From IMG/VR virus record IMGVR_UViG_3300037418_002962, positions 154,650 through 218,649 of that record: 64,000 nucleotides of DNA; one strand, given 5' to 3'. The notes beneath the pieces are model-generated. The model was not told the DNA's origin and searched no databases. It saw nothing but the letters and a program-made list of their open reading frames with translations. The first letter of the stretch is position 1. Each line of letters begins with the position of its first letter. Position numbers and translations under genes: made by a program. This DNA comes from a virus. Its lineage: Duplodnaviria; Heunggongvirae; Uroviricota; Caudoviricetes. Shown one piece after another: positions 1-8,824 of this stretch.

Positions 1-384
1 CTTACCATAAGCGAGGGTTGAAAGCAACTCAGTACTAAATTTATCATAATTTTGCATTAGTTTCAATCTTAAACACCAAAACATAACAAAATTCTTTGTT
101 GGTCCTATAGAACCTTCATGCCAATCTTTACGAGTAAAATTAACATATTTTTTAGCGATCATTTTTGCAGTCATTGGAGATTTTGCATCGATGATTAATT
201 TTTGAATTTCTGGATTATTTGGAAATCTACAAGCCTGATAAAGAGCCTCAGAAGTTCTAATTTCAATTCCATTAACTTCTAAGGGGAATGGAGCAAAATT
301 AGATAGACCACCAAATTTTTCTTTGGTTTTCCAGAAAACAGCACATTCATTGACATTATAATGTTGGATTAAGTTGCAGGCCAA
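1..384 (-). CDS. NADAR (YbiA-like) family protein, 3' end outside window
   Basis: Not in ORF track. Manual translation from TTG at 384 (after GGAGAGG) gives ...VFWKTKEKFGGLSNFAPFPLEVNGIEIRTSEALYQACRF...AKMIAK...RKDW...VMFWCLRLKLMQN, typical NADAR motifs; open to position 1. Confidence 0.85.
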   Translation of the reverse strand, partial: MACNLIQHYNVNECAVFWKTKEKFGGLSNFAPFPLEVNGIEIRTSEALYQACRFPNNPEIQKLIIDAKSPMTAKMIAKKYVNFTRKDWHEGSIGPTKNFVMFWCLRLKLMQNYDKFSTELLSTLAYGK

Positions 385-683
385 TATACCTCTCCAGTTT
401 TATTATTCATTTCTCCAGGACATTGACATTTTACACATTTAACAGCAGTAAAGTGTTCGCTACTAAATTGAGAATCAATTTTGGCATTCCAAATATGTTC
501 ACAGTCATCCCAATTATTTCCATTTAATGAATATCTTTTATTGCCTATTCCTATAATTTTTTCAATAATCTCATTATCAATTTCTTTCTGAACTTCTTCC
601 CAGAGGACATCACTAGAAAGAACTAGCATCAGTTCTTCATCAACAACAATATCTCCATTTGTATATAATCTCTTTTCAGTCAT
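369..683 (-). CDS. hypothetical protein (C-terminal CxxCxC)
   Basis: 104-aa ORF, tightly packed with overlapping start/stop. Confidence 0.6.
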   Translation of the reverse strand: MTEKRLYTNGDIVVDEELMLVLSSDVLWEEVQKEIDNEIIEKIIGIGNKRYSLNGNNWDDCEHIWNAKIDSQFSSEHFTAVKCVKCQCPGEMNNKTGEVYWPAT

Positions 684-991
684 TCAGAATACCTCAAATT
701 AAAATTTTCATTAATTGCCTCTTTTTGCCAAAAATCTATTCCTTCAGCTAAATTATTGCAAATATTCAATAAATTTCTAGAAACAAGTGCTTCTATAAAT
801 TCTGGATATTCTTCTAATATTTGTTCAATTGTCTTTTGAATTTGTTCGTTAGTATAAGCCCAACCCTTTCCAGGAAATAGATTTGTATTTATAATATTAT
901 GTAAACCATGATACAATATTTCTTTTGTATATTCTTTCATAGAAATATTTGATATTCTAGGAATGGCTTCAAGTTTATTCATAATCTTCAT
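680..991 (-). CDS. hypothetical protein
   Basis: 103-aa ORF in operon-like packing. Confidence 0.55.
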   Translation of the reverse strand: MKIMNKLEAIPRISNISMKEYTKEILYHGLHNIINTNLFPGKGWAYTNEQIQKTIEQILEEYPEFIEALVSRNLLNICNNLAEGIDFWQKEAINENFNLRYSE

Positions 992-1599
992 CCTTTTCCA
1001 ATCTTTTTCTAGTATTAAAAGGAATTCTAATAAGCTTTGTGTCTCCTACATGGTCCTTTTTCCAGATAAACCATGCATAGGCTGTTGCAGAAGCACCTTT
1101 TTTATCAACTCTTCCTTTAAACATTGGTAATCTGCCAATAAATGGAGCAAAAATTGAGATTTGATTTTCTTCAAAGAAAGGTTCTCTCTTAGCACTTTCC
1201 ATCCATGTTACTCGACACAGAACAGCAACGCCAACCTTAGCAATCTGTAAAGCCTTTGAAACAAATTCTTCTGCTCTATTAAATGGCGGATTAGTAATAA
1301 TCCAATCAATATCATAATCAATTGAAGTATTTGTTTCTAAAAAGTCATGAACTTTACCATATCCATAATCGAAAATATCAGTAGAAAGAACTTTTCTGAA
1401 ATATTCCCCCAATGCTCTTGACATATGGCCTTCACCACAAGCAGGTTCCCATACATTTTTTGAGGATAGCTCATCTTTACTTAGAACTACTTCACATAAT
1501 GCTCTTGTTCCCCCATAAAGGAGTAGGAAAATAATCTAGGCTATCTTTAGGCTCTACTCTTCTATTCATTACTGCTGTTGAATTTGTTGGTCTACTCAT
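975..1599 (-). pseudogene. SAM-dependent DNA amino-methyltransferase with a +1 frameshift
   Basis: ATG at 1599 gives MSRPTN...DYFPTPLWG. Removing one G from the G5 run (plus-strand C 1510-1514) continues as TRALCEVVL...VWEPACGEGHMSRAL (motif I) into the ITNPPF (motif IV) ORF 975..1424. Total length is 625 nt = 3n+1. Confidence 0.8.
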
Positions 1600-1844
1600 T
1601 TATATTCCTTTTTCTCTATTTTATCAGATAATTGTGCTCTATCATATGCACCATAAAGATAAAACGGGCCTAAACAAATTATCATTATTAATGCTCCAAC
1701 TACCCCAAAAAGAATATTTCCTCTACCAATTCCTGTAAAAAATCCCATAATAATTAAGATAATCATTGCGATTGTTCCAGGATGTTCTCCTAAATGAGGC
1801 AAATATCCCATTCCTCTAAAACATTGTATAATTATTCTTTTCAT
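1596..1844 (-). CDS. small membrane protein
   Basis: 82 aa with two hydrophobic segments. Confidence 0.6.
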   Translation of the reverse strand: MKRIIIQCFRGMGYLPHLGEHPGTIAMIILIIMGFFTGIGRGNILFGVVGALIMIICLGPFYLYGAYDRAQLSDKIEKKEYK

Positions 1845-2183
1845 TTAATAACAATTCCTATCATTAAAATATTCTTCGTTTGCATCTTTTCGGATTTTAT
1901 TTCCTTGTTTAACACCCCATTCTTCATAAGATAAATCTTCTTCGGATAAATCTCTAAATGCATACATAGAATTCATTTTTACTTGTTCATTATATGCTTT
2001 AATAATTTCTTCAACAGCTTCAAATTCTAATTTCATGAATTCAAATGGAGTTAAAGGAACTCTCTGCATCTGAGCTTGTTCTAGAGTTGCATAGTATTGG
2101 GAGAATTTTTGTCTAGCTTTATTTAAAGGACTTCTATTATCTCTTAATACTTCGTTCAAATGCTTTTGATCTCGGAATTCCAT
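1845..2183 (-). CDS. hypothetical protein
   Basis: 112-aa ORF abutting neighbours. Confidence 0.55.
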   Translation of the reverse strand: MEFRDQKHLNEVLRDNRSPLNKARQKFSQYYATLEQAQMQRVPLTPFEFMKLEFEAVEEIIKAYNEQVKMNSMYAFRDLSEEDLSYEEWGVKQGNKIRKDANEEYFNDRNCY

Positions 2184-2773
2184 TAAATATAATCCTCGAT
2201 TAATTCCATAAATTCTTCTTCCGAGATAACCTTTACACCTTTGGTTCTGGCATCACCAGCTTTCTTTGAATCAATATTGGAGCCATTAACCAAGAAATCA
2301 GTATTTCCACTAACTGTACTTGCTACATGCATACCAATAGATTCACAGATATCCTTAGCTTCTGTTCTGGTCATTCTCTCCATTTTTCCGGTAAATACAA
2401 TAGTCTTACCTCCTAATGGAGTATCATACATGTCTTCTCTTTGATATAGATCGTTGGTCTTTCCTCCAAGAACTTCCATAACTCCATCAGTATATTTCCA
2501 TCCCCACCAAGTTCCTCTATTATCCCCTTCATGGTCTGAGAGAATTACTTTACCATTTGCTTTATACTTGGTTAGAATTTCTTGTAGTTTTTCATCATAC
2601 ATAAATTGTCCCATCCATTCCATATGGTCAGGATTGAACTGAAATCTTCCCTCATAAAGAATTTCTTCTTTCTCATACCAATATTCTTCTGCCATTGGTA
2701 ATGCCCAAATTTCATCAATTGCTTCTATTGGAACTTCTAATGTATTTACGTCTAAACTAATTTGCCAACTCAT
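2183..2773 (-). CDS. protein with C-terminal BRCT domain (LigA-type)
   Basis: GKTIVFTGKMERMTRTEAKDICESIGMHVASTVSGNTDFLVNG...KA...GVKVISEEEF matches the LigA BRCT pattern; probable start MSWQ at 2773 after an AGGAG RBS. Confidence 0.8.
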   Translation of the reverse strand: MSWQISLDVNTLEVPIEAIDEIWALPMAEEYWYEKEEILYEGRFQFNPDHMEWMGQFMYDEKLQEILTKYKANGKVILSDHEGDNRGTWWGWKYTDGVMEVLGGKTNDLYQREDMYDTPLGGKTIVFTGKMERMTRTEAKDICESIGMHVASTVSGNTDFLVNGSNIDSKKAGDARTKGVKVISEEEFMELIEDYI

Positions 2774-2803
2774 AATATAAATTCTCCTTTTCAAATAAAA
2801 TAA

Positions 2804-2811
2804 TATAAATA
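2804..2811 (+). promoter_or_regulatory. T4-type late promoter
   Basis: TATAAATA just upstream of RNA leader copy 1. Confidence 0.7.
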
Positions 2812-2818
2812 ATAAAAT

Positions 2819-2877
2819 AGGAAGTAATCAAGCATCTGGTAAATGACTTGAAACAGTGGAGGTTCTGCTGTCCTTCC
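2819..2877 (+). ncRNA. candidate structured RNA leader, copy 1
   Basis: AGGAAG-TAA-[TCAAG..CTTGA]-AACA...TGCTGT-CCTTCC, shared with 30067 and 42721. Confidence 0.65.
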
Positions 2878-2903
2878 AATAACATTATTTAGGAGGACTG
2901 TCA

Positions 2904-3815
2904 ATGTATACTTACGAAGATTTACGTAATAATTCAGAAATACTTAAAAATTATAAATCTAGAGAAGAAGTTCCTTTGCGTTGTTGTGAATGCAATATTC
3001 AATATTTTAAAACTAAACATGATATTCAAGGAAAAATCAAAAATTTTTATAGAAATTTTTGTTCAAAACAATGTTCTAATAAAAAATTTATGAAAGAAAA
3101 TTTAATACAAAAAGTTGAATGTGAAAACTGTAAAATTATTTTTGAAAAGCCTACAAGATTTATAATAGAGAATAGATTAAATTACTGCTCTGCAAAATGT
3201 ACTGGAGAATCACAAAAGACTAGTAAAATTATTATCTGTAGTTATTGTAAAAAGAAAACAGAAAAGAAAATTTCTCAATTAAATAGCAACAAAAATAATT
3301 TTTGTTCTAGAGATTGTTCTGGAAAATTTAAAAGTATAAACCAAGATATATTAATAACATGTAATTATTGCGAAACCCTATTTATTAGGAAAAAGTACAA
3401 AATGAAAAACAACGATAAAAATTATTGCTCTAAATTTTGTAGAAACCAAGTAAGAATAACTAATAAAAGACCAAAACTTGAAATTTATTTGGAAGAACAA
3501 CTTTCAATATTGTATCCAAATTTAGAAATTATTTATAATGATAGAAAAATTCTTGATGGCTTAGAACTTGATATTTTTATTCCTTCTTTAAGATTGGCTT
3601 TTGAATTAAATGGTCCTACTCATTATTTACCAATCTATGGTAACAAACAATTATTAAAAGTTAAAAACAACGATAAAATAAAAATTGATAAATGTCAAGA
3701 AAGACAAATTAGATTGTTTGTATTAAATACATCGAAACAAAATCTTGTTAATAATATAACATCAAAACCATTTTTAGATCTTGTATTTAATACAATTAAC
3801 CTACAGTATAGCTAA
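2904..3815 (+). CDS. Cys-repeat (CxxC..FCSxxC) + Vsr/DUF559-like PD-(D/E)xK endonuclease, putative free-standing homing endonuclease, copy 1
   Basis: Several CxxC/YCSxxC zinc-binding repeats followed by ELDIFIPSLRLAFELNGPTHY; opposite strand to neighbours; paralogs at 30168, 33831 and 42818. Confidence 0.75.
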   Translation: MYTYEDLRNNSEILKNYKSREEVPLRCCECNIQYFKTKHDIQGKIKNFYRNFCSKQCSNKKFMKENLIQKVECENCKIIFEKPTRFIIENRLNYCSAKCTGESQKTSKIIICSYCKKKTEKKISQLNSNKNNFCSRDCSGKFKSINQDILITCNYCETLFIRKKYKMKNNDKNYCSKFCRNQVRITNKRPKLEIYLEEQLSILYPNLEIIYNDRKILDGLELDIFIPSLRLAFELNGPTHYLPIYGNKQLLKVKNNDKIKIDKCQERQIRLFVLNTSKQNLVNNITSKPFLDLVFNTINLQYS

Positions 3816-4806
3816 ACATTGCTTTTTCTTCTACTGGAAGTTTCGTATCCGAATCTTTAAAACTATTTAAAAGTTGGGTCCATTCCCTGCTTCTATCATT
3901 CCAATTATGAACAATATCACAATAAAATTTTTGGATTTTTAATTTTTCTTGAATATATGGATTCCAATAATTTTCAATTGTCTGATCAAGAATGGAATAA
4001 AATAATTTGGCGTGTTCTTCTTTAGTCTCAATGTATTGATACATTAATGATAATGATCCAGAAGTTTCAGGAAGCGCCGCCAAATTAGGATGTACACATG
4101 CTAATCCAGCACTTTGGGCCTCGATTAATACGAGACAACTTGATTCCTGCCATGTATTTGGATAAGCAAGAATATGGTAATTTTTCAGTTCTTCTCTTAA
4201 TTCTTCATTTGTTGCAGTTTCATGTCTGAAAATATTTGGGTTATTATCCATTTTTTCAAACAATTCCTTAAAGGGCTGGTCCCTATCTTCCCATCCATAT
4301 AGCTTAAATGAAGCAAATGTATGAAGTTCAATATTATCATATTTCTCGGTTAGCTTTTCAAATACTGGAACAAGAATATCCAATCCTCTATGGGGAGTAC
4401 TCCAATATGCCAGTCTAATTTTATCTGTTGGCTTTTCATGATCTTCAATTGGAACAATTGCATTCTTCATTACAATTGTTCTTGAAGGAGGAATCTGATA
4501 TTTTTCAATATATCTTTGAGCTTGCCAATTTGAAACGAAAACTAGACGATGGAATTTTTTCCATCCGCCATTTGCAAGATGTGCCGATTCTGGATCTTCA
4601 GGTAAATCGTTAAGAATAAGAATTCTTACCTTATTTGGATTTAATTCTCTTACTCTTGATGAAATAATTTGAAATTTTTCTAGTAATTCTCTAGGCACTG
4701 AACCGTCATAAATCCTGGAAAGCATAAGCTCGCTTCCACCCATTGCCTCTTTGTTCTGATCGTTTCTTTCCATTAAATCGTAATTATTCATTATTCTCCT
4801 TTTCAA
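3796..4806 (-). CDS. glycosyltransferase (GT-B fold, GT4-like)
   Basis: AMGGSELM, STPHRGLDIL, YPNTWQESSCLVLIEAQSAG motifs. Confidence 0.85.
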   Translation of the reverse strand: MKRRIMNNYDLMERNDQNKEAMGGSELMLSRIYDGSVPRELLEKFQIISSRVRELNPNKVRILILNDLPEDPESAHLANGGWKKFHRLVFVSNWQAQRYIEKYQIPPSRTIVMKNAIVPIEDHEKPTDKIRLAYWSTPHRGLDILVPVFEKLTEKYDNIELHTFASFKLYGWEDRDQPFKELFEKMDNNPNIFRHETATNEELREELKNYHILAYPNTWQESSCLVLIEAQSAGLACVHPNLAALPETSGSLSLMYQYIETKEEHAKLFYSILDQTIENYWNPYIQEKLKIQKFYCDIVHNWNDRSREWTQLLNSFKDSDTKLPVEEKAMFSYTVG

Positions 4807-4881
4807 TTAAATGATAGTATAAGTAAAAATATAACTGCTACTATAGAGCAACCCCATACAAAAATTCTTGTGATTTTTTCG

Positions 4882-5223
4882 TTACTCATCTAAAACCTCA
4901 ATTTCGCTCATATCAAATTCAACAAATCCATCCCCGATTACCCAAAATTGGATCGGATTTACCAATTTCCTGTAAAATTTATTTTTATCTTGATTAATAT
5001 AGGTATCTATTAGATTTGATAAATCTTCATTAATCTCTGTATATAAGCTCCTATTAATTATATCAGCACAAATTAAATCTTTATTGAGAGTTGCAAGAAA
5101 AACAGAAGAATTAATTTCTTTTTTTGCCCACTCTCCATTATTTCTAATTGAAATAGATTTATTCATTAAAATTTCAATTAGTTCTTCCCTTGGATCTGGA
5201 AACCATTCAAAAAATGTAGGCAT
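4882..5223 (-). CDS. hypothetical protein
   Basis: 113-aa ORF. Confidence 0.55.
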   Translation of the reverse strand: MPTFFEWFPDPREELIEILMNKSISIRNNGEWAKKEINSSVFLATLNKDLICADIINRSLYTEINEDLSNLIDTYINQDKNKFYRKLVNPIQFWVIGDGFVEFDMSEIEVLDE

Positions 5224-5411
5224 TATTGCAAATTCTCTGCTAGGATTTCTGCAGCTTTATTAGCTTCTTCAACATTAAAATAAAAATCGAGTAAGGAAAA
5301 TGAATTTTTTTCGTCTTCTTTTGTTCTAGCTTTGACGAAATAGCCTCTATCTCCAGCAAAAACACAGGCTACATTGCCATTTTCATTTGTTACAGTTTTG
5401 AGAAGGTCCAT
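5223..5411 (-). CDS. hypothetical protein
   Basis: 62-aa ORF with AGGAG RBS, stop/start overlap. Confidence 0.55.
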   Translation of the reverse strand: MDLLKTVTNENGNVACVFAGDRGYFVKARTKEDEKNSFSLLDFYFNVEEANKAAEILAENLQ

Positions 5412-5456
5412 AATAAAATCTCCTTTAATTGGTACTCTAAACTCATATCACTATTT

Positions 5457-5939
5457 TTAACGAAAGCCAAGCTCTTTTAATTTTTCTATGGAACTTTTTG
5501 CATCGGTATGCGTTACAAAGATTCCACCCATTCTTTCCCATTTATGCTTATATTTTTCCCAATCGTCCAAAAGAACTTCTCCAGGAGAGCCATGCTTAAA
5601 TTTTTCTCTTGATTTACAACAAACTACCGGAACATCAGGAGAAATATATTTAGAAACCCATTCTTTCTTTTGTTCTGATGCATTAGCTGTTCTGGGAATT
5701 CCTGTTAGAATTGTTGGATTAAAATTCTTAACGAAATTCCAAAGTTCAAGATAATCTGGAAGTGGCTCTAAGTCAAGAAAAAATGTGCCATGATTATCAA
5801 TAATCTGCCACATTTCATTATCTTTTTCTTCAGTTCTGTCTTCTCTATCTGGAGGAATCCCAAACATCTCTACATGCTTTTTGTCAAAGTCTGCCAAAGT
5901 CCCGTCTAAATCTACCCAAATTTTTGTTGTAACTATCAT
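5457..5939 (-). CDS. 5'(3')-deoxyribonucleotidase (HAD, NT5C-like)
   Basis: WVDLDGTLADFD HAD motif I, ILTG, EQKKEW, VLLDDW. Confidence 0.85.
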   Translation of the reverse strand: MIVTTKIWVDLDGTLADFDKKHVEMFGIPPDREDRTEEKDNEMWQIIDNHGTFFLDLEPLPDYLELWNFVKNFNPTILTGIPRTANASEQKKEWVSKYISPDVPVVCCKSREKFKHGSPGEVLLDDWEKYKHKWERMGGIFVTHTDAKSSIEKLKELGFR

Positions 5940-6166
5940 TATACTTTAATTTCCCAACCATTCTTTAAGAAGGCTGCTTCCATTTTTACCAGATTTTCGT
6001 TATTTACATAGAGGCTCTGACAACCATCTTTTGTTGTCTGAACAATTTTTGCCCCTACAATATCAGGGTCCTTAAATACCTCAATTAAATCTTTTGATTT
6101 CTTTTTTACATAAGTTCTTGCTGGTACAATATTCCAGCCATCATCACTTCTTATAATTTTCTTCAT
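5939..6166 (-). CDS. hypothetical protein
   Basis: 75-aa ORF with AGGAG RBS. Confidence 0.55.
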   Translation of the reverse strand: MKKIIRSDDGWNIVPARTYVKKKSKDLIEVFKDPDIVGAKIVQTTKDGCQSLYVNNENLVKMEAAFLKNGWEIKV

Positions 6167-6384
6167 TATATTCTCCTACTAACTTAATTTTTGACATTAC
6201 TCCTTTTATTTAAAAATGTCAAGTTTAATTATTTATTGATAAAGTTTCCAGCCAACTATGGTTAGGTCTGGTTCATATTTAAAAATTTTTGTGGCATATC
6301 TATTATCATATATATTCTCTAAATCCACTATAAGACATTTTTAAATTCTCCTTGATCATTGACAAATGTAGCTAAATTTAGACA

Positions 6385-6723
6385 TTAAACTACATCTTCT
6401 TCTGTTGAGTTCAGAATTATGGTTCTTGCTGCATCAATAGCAGCCATAGCTTCTTTAGGACTCTTAAAACCACGCAAGGGCAAATATTTGTATTCAGGCG
6501 ACAATATATTGGTAGTCCACCATTCGACACCATCAATTCGTGCAGAATACCTACGGTCCTTTTTGGGAAATTGTCTTCCAAGTTCTCGAACCACAGCACA
6601 AACCTTGCCTTCACTATTCACCAAAACCCAAGTTCTGAGAATAGGTCCTTGCCATTTACCTTCGCCCAACTTTTTCTGTGAACGAAGAGTGGCACGATTA
6701 AACCTGATTTCATGACGTTCCAT
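6385..6723 (-). CDS. hypothetical protein
   Basis: 112-aa ORF. Confidence 0.55.
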   Translation of the reverse strand: MERHEIRFNRATLRSQKKLGEGKWQGPILRTWVLVNSEGKVCAVVRELGRQFPKKDRRYSARIDGVEWWTTNILSPEYKYLPLRGFKSPKEAMAAIDAARTIILNSTEEDVV

Positions 6724-6734
6724 TACGGGATTCC

Positions 6735-7052
6735 TTAATTATCCCAAGGCTCCATTTCGTAGATATCATAAGTCTCATAAAGCTTATCCTGATATTTACG
6801 AAACCACTCACGAGCCTCAGGTTCAGTTTCAAACTTCGCCTTAAATTCAATCCATTTCCAGCCGCATTCAGTTTCAGTCTTAACCAAAAGCATGGGAATC
6901 CAGTTGTCATGACCAAAACGGCTAGGAGGGGAAATCATTCCAACCACCATTTTATTCATATGTACATATGTAGTAGGATATGGTTGAGCCATTGAAGCCA
7001 AGCCAGTTATCTTAGAGCCCTTTTTAAAGTGAAACTTTTTCTTGGCAGCCAT
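6735..7052 (-). CDS. hypothetical protein
   Basis: 105-aa ORF with GGAG RBS. Confidence 0.55.
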   Translation of the reverse strand: MAAKKKFHFKKGSKITGLASMAQPYPTTYVHMNKMVVGMISPPSRFGHDNWIPMLLVKTETECGWKWIEFKAKFETEPEAREWFRKYQDKLYETYDIYEMEPWDN

Positions 7053-7105
7053 GATTCAACTCTCCAAATTCATTGGAACGAATATAGCTAATTTATATCA
7101 GGATG

Positions 7106-7837
7106 TCAAGCCTTATAATGATTTATAAGTGCCTGTCTACGTTTTTCAAAGATATCTGCCATTTCTTTATGATTAGCAAATCCTGCTTCCTTGAATATAC
7201 CATGGATATGGTTAGGGTCAATAGTCTTTACGCTTGATTCAAGGGACTGTTTCTCTGCTCCAGGATGTTGTGAGAAAACCTTATTAAAAACCTGTCCTGA
7301 AGAGTTTCCTGGATCTCTGAGAGAATGAATTTCTCCAACTCCTGCATCATAATCCTTGTGCCCACCCATGGCTCTGAAATGCAATGAACCACCCTGATCA
7401 ATATTATGAATATTACCTTGATGGTCTTTCTGGATATTGTAAGGATGATTGCCAATAATATCCCAATTCTTTGTTAGAACTGCTGCATGGTACATTTTAG
7501 CAATATGATGGGCAGTCTCTGGAGAGGTATTTCTTAATTCATGCGGATGAACTTGGTCTAATTCCGAATTCCAGGGAGTGGAAATTCCAACAGTAGAACC
7601 TTTCTTAACCAATGAAGCTTTTGGCACATTAATTCCCATATGGTCATAAATCCTGTTGGTAGCGTATTCTGCTCTGGCCTGTTCAGGATTACGATAGAAT
7701 TTGACATAATGCTTATTATTGTTTTCATCATAATGAATTCCGCCAGGATTTGAACCTAGTTGCGAATATGGTTCTGATTTCCAATGACTGATATCATTGC
7801 TAACAGATTCAATAAGATAATGGCTGAAAGATTTCAT
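7106..7837 (-). CDS. HipA/PI3-4-kinase-like protein with T4 internal-protein-like N-terminus
   Basis: GSNPGG (Gly loop), HYVK, EYATNRIY..MGINVP, NWDIIGN, NIDQGG; N-terminus MKSFSHYLIES resembles the T4 capsid-targeting sequence MKTYQEFIAE. Confidence 0.6.
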   Translation of the reverse strand: MKSFSHYLIESVSNDISHWKSEPYSQLGSNPGGIHYDENNNKHYVKFYRNPEQARAEYATNRIYDHMGINVPKASLVKKGSTVGISTPWNSELDQVHPHELRNTSPETAHHIAKMYHAAVLTKNWDIIGNHPYNIQKDHQGNIHNIDQGGSLHFRAMGGHKDYDAGVGEIHSLRDPGNSSGQVFNKVFSQHPGAEKQSLESSVKTIDPNHIHGIFKEAGFANHKEMADIFEKRRQALINHYKA

Positions 7838-7842
7838 ATTAA

Positions 7843-7879
7843 CTCCCTAAATAAATACATAATATTTATTAATTGGGGG
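7843..7879. promoter_or_regulatory. symmetric divergent late-promoter-like spacer with RBS-containing hairpin
   Basis: CTCCC..AATAAATA cataa TATTTATT..GGGGG palindrome holding the RBS of both divergent genes. Confidence 0.5.
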
Positions 7880-7883
7880 AAAT

Positions 7884-8318
7884 ATGGAAAATTGGATGTT
7901 TGAAGGGAAAGAATATATTCATGATCCTGCCAAGAAATATTTTGGATTTATATATATAATTAAGAATAATATTAACGGAATGCTTTACATTGGCAAGAAA
8001 TTATTCAGTAAAGCAGGGACCAAACAAGTAAAAGGCATTAAAAAGAAAGTTAGAAAAGAGTCTGATTGGTCCGAATATTGGGGAAGTTCTCCTAAACTTG
8101 CAGAAGATATTGAAAAATTTGGCAAAGAAAATTTCTCCAGAACTATAGTGAGACTTGTTAAGACTAGAGCAGAAGCCACATATTATGAAACTAAATTAAT
8201 ATTTGAGACTGATGCTTTGCTTAAAAAAGAATATTATAATCAATGGGTTAGCTGCAAGATAACTGAGATGCACTGCAATGGTTTCTTGAAGTTATATCAA
8301 CAATCGTATGAATCATAA
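7884..8318 (+). CDS. GIY-YIG endonuclease (DenA/Seg-like)
   Basis: FGFIYIIKN...LYIGKK, YWGSS, EKFGKENFSRTI, YYETK, YYNQW. Confidence 0.8.
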   Translation: MENWMFEGKEYIHDPAKKYFGFIYIIKNNINGMLYIGKKLFSKAGTKQVKGIKKKVRKESDWSEYWGSSPKLAEDIEKFGKENFSRTIVRLVKTRAEATYYETKLIFETDALLKKEYYNQWVSCKITEMHCNGFLKLYQQSYES

Positions 8319-8671
8319 TCCTTTACATTTACATCAGGAATCTTAATAAACTTATCTGGAAAGTTCTTACAGTCCATGAAGTAATTGTAAATCTGCTCTG
8401 CACCATCATTACTATAACAATAAATTCTGTGCTTTCTACCATTAATTTTAATATTAACACAAGGATTATGCCAACCCGCACAAAGTTGGGTATCTCTTCC
8501 TGTATAGCCCCTGATCCTTTTTAGACCAAGAAGTTTCCTGAAGAAATTTAGAATTCTTGGAGGGCCAACCCACCATTTATCTCGTACCCCTTTAGTCCAA
8601 AAAATATGAGACATAAAATCAATATCAACCATTGTGGTTCTGGTTCCAGGCATTCTAATGAAAGTGCTCAA
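8297..8671 (-). CDS. hypothetical protein
   Basis: 124-aa ORF. Confidence 0.55.
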   Translation of the reverse strand: MSTFIRMPGTRTTMVDIDFMSHIFWTKGVRDKWWVGPPRILNFFRKLLGLKRIRGYTGRDTQLCAGWHNPCVNIKINGRKHRIYCYSNDGAEQIYNYFMDCKNFPDKFIKIPDVNVKDYDSYDC

Positions 8672-8824
8672 TCTACTTTTACCTCCCTCAAATCTGAAAT
8701 AGTATGGCTAGTTGTGTTCCCGGTATTCCAGTAAACTCTAGCAAATCCATAATGTTCATTAATAGCAACTACAACACCCTGAATAAAATCGGGATAGCCA
8801 CTTAGAGTTACTTTGCTATTGAAA

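Noticed and set aside
2819-2877. Leader motif as a hammerhead, hairpin or twister ribozyme
   Set aside because: It contains GUC and GAAA but lacks CUGAUGA (hammerhead), the AGAA/loop B consensus (hairpin) and the twister pseudoknot consensus; left unassigned.
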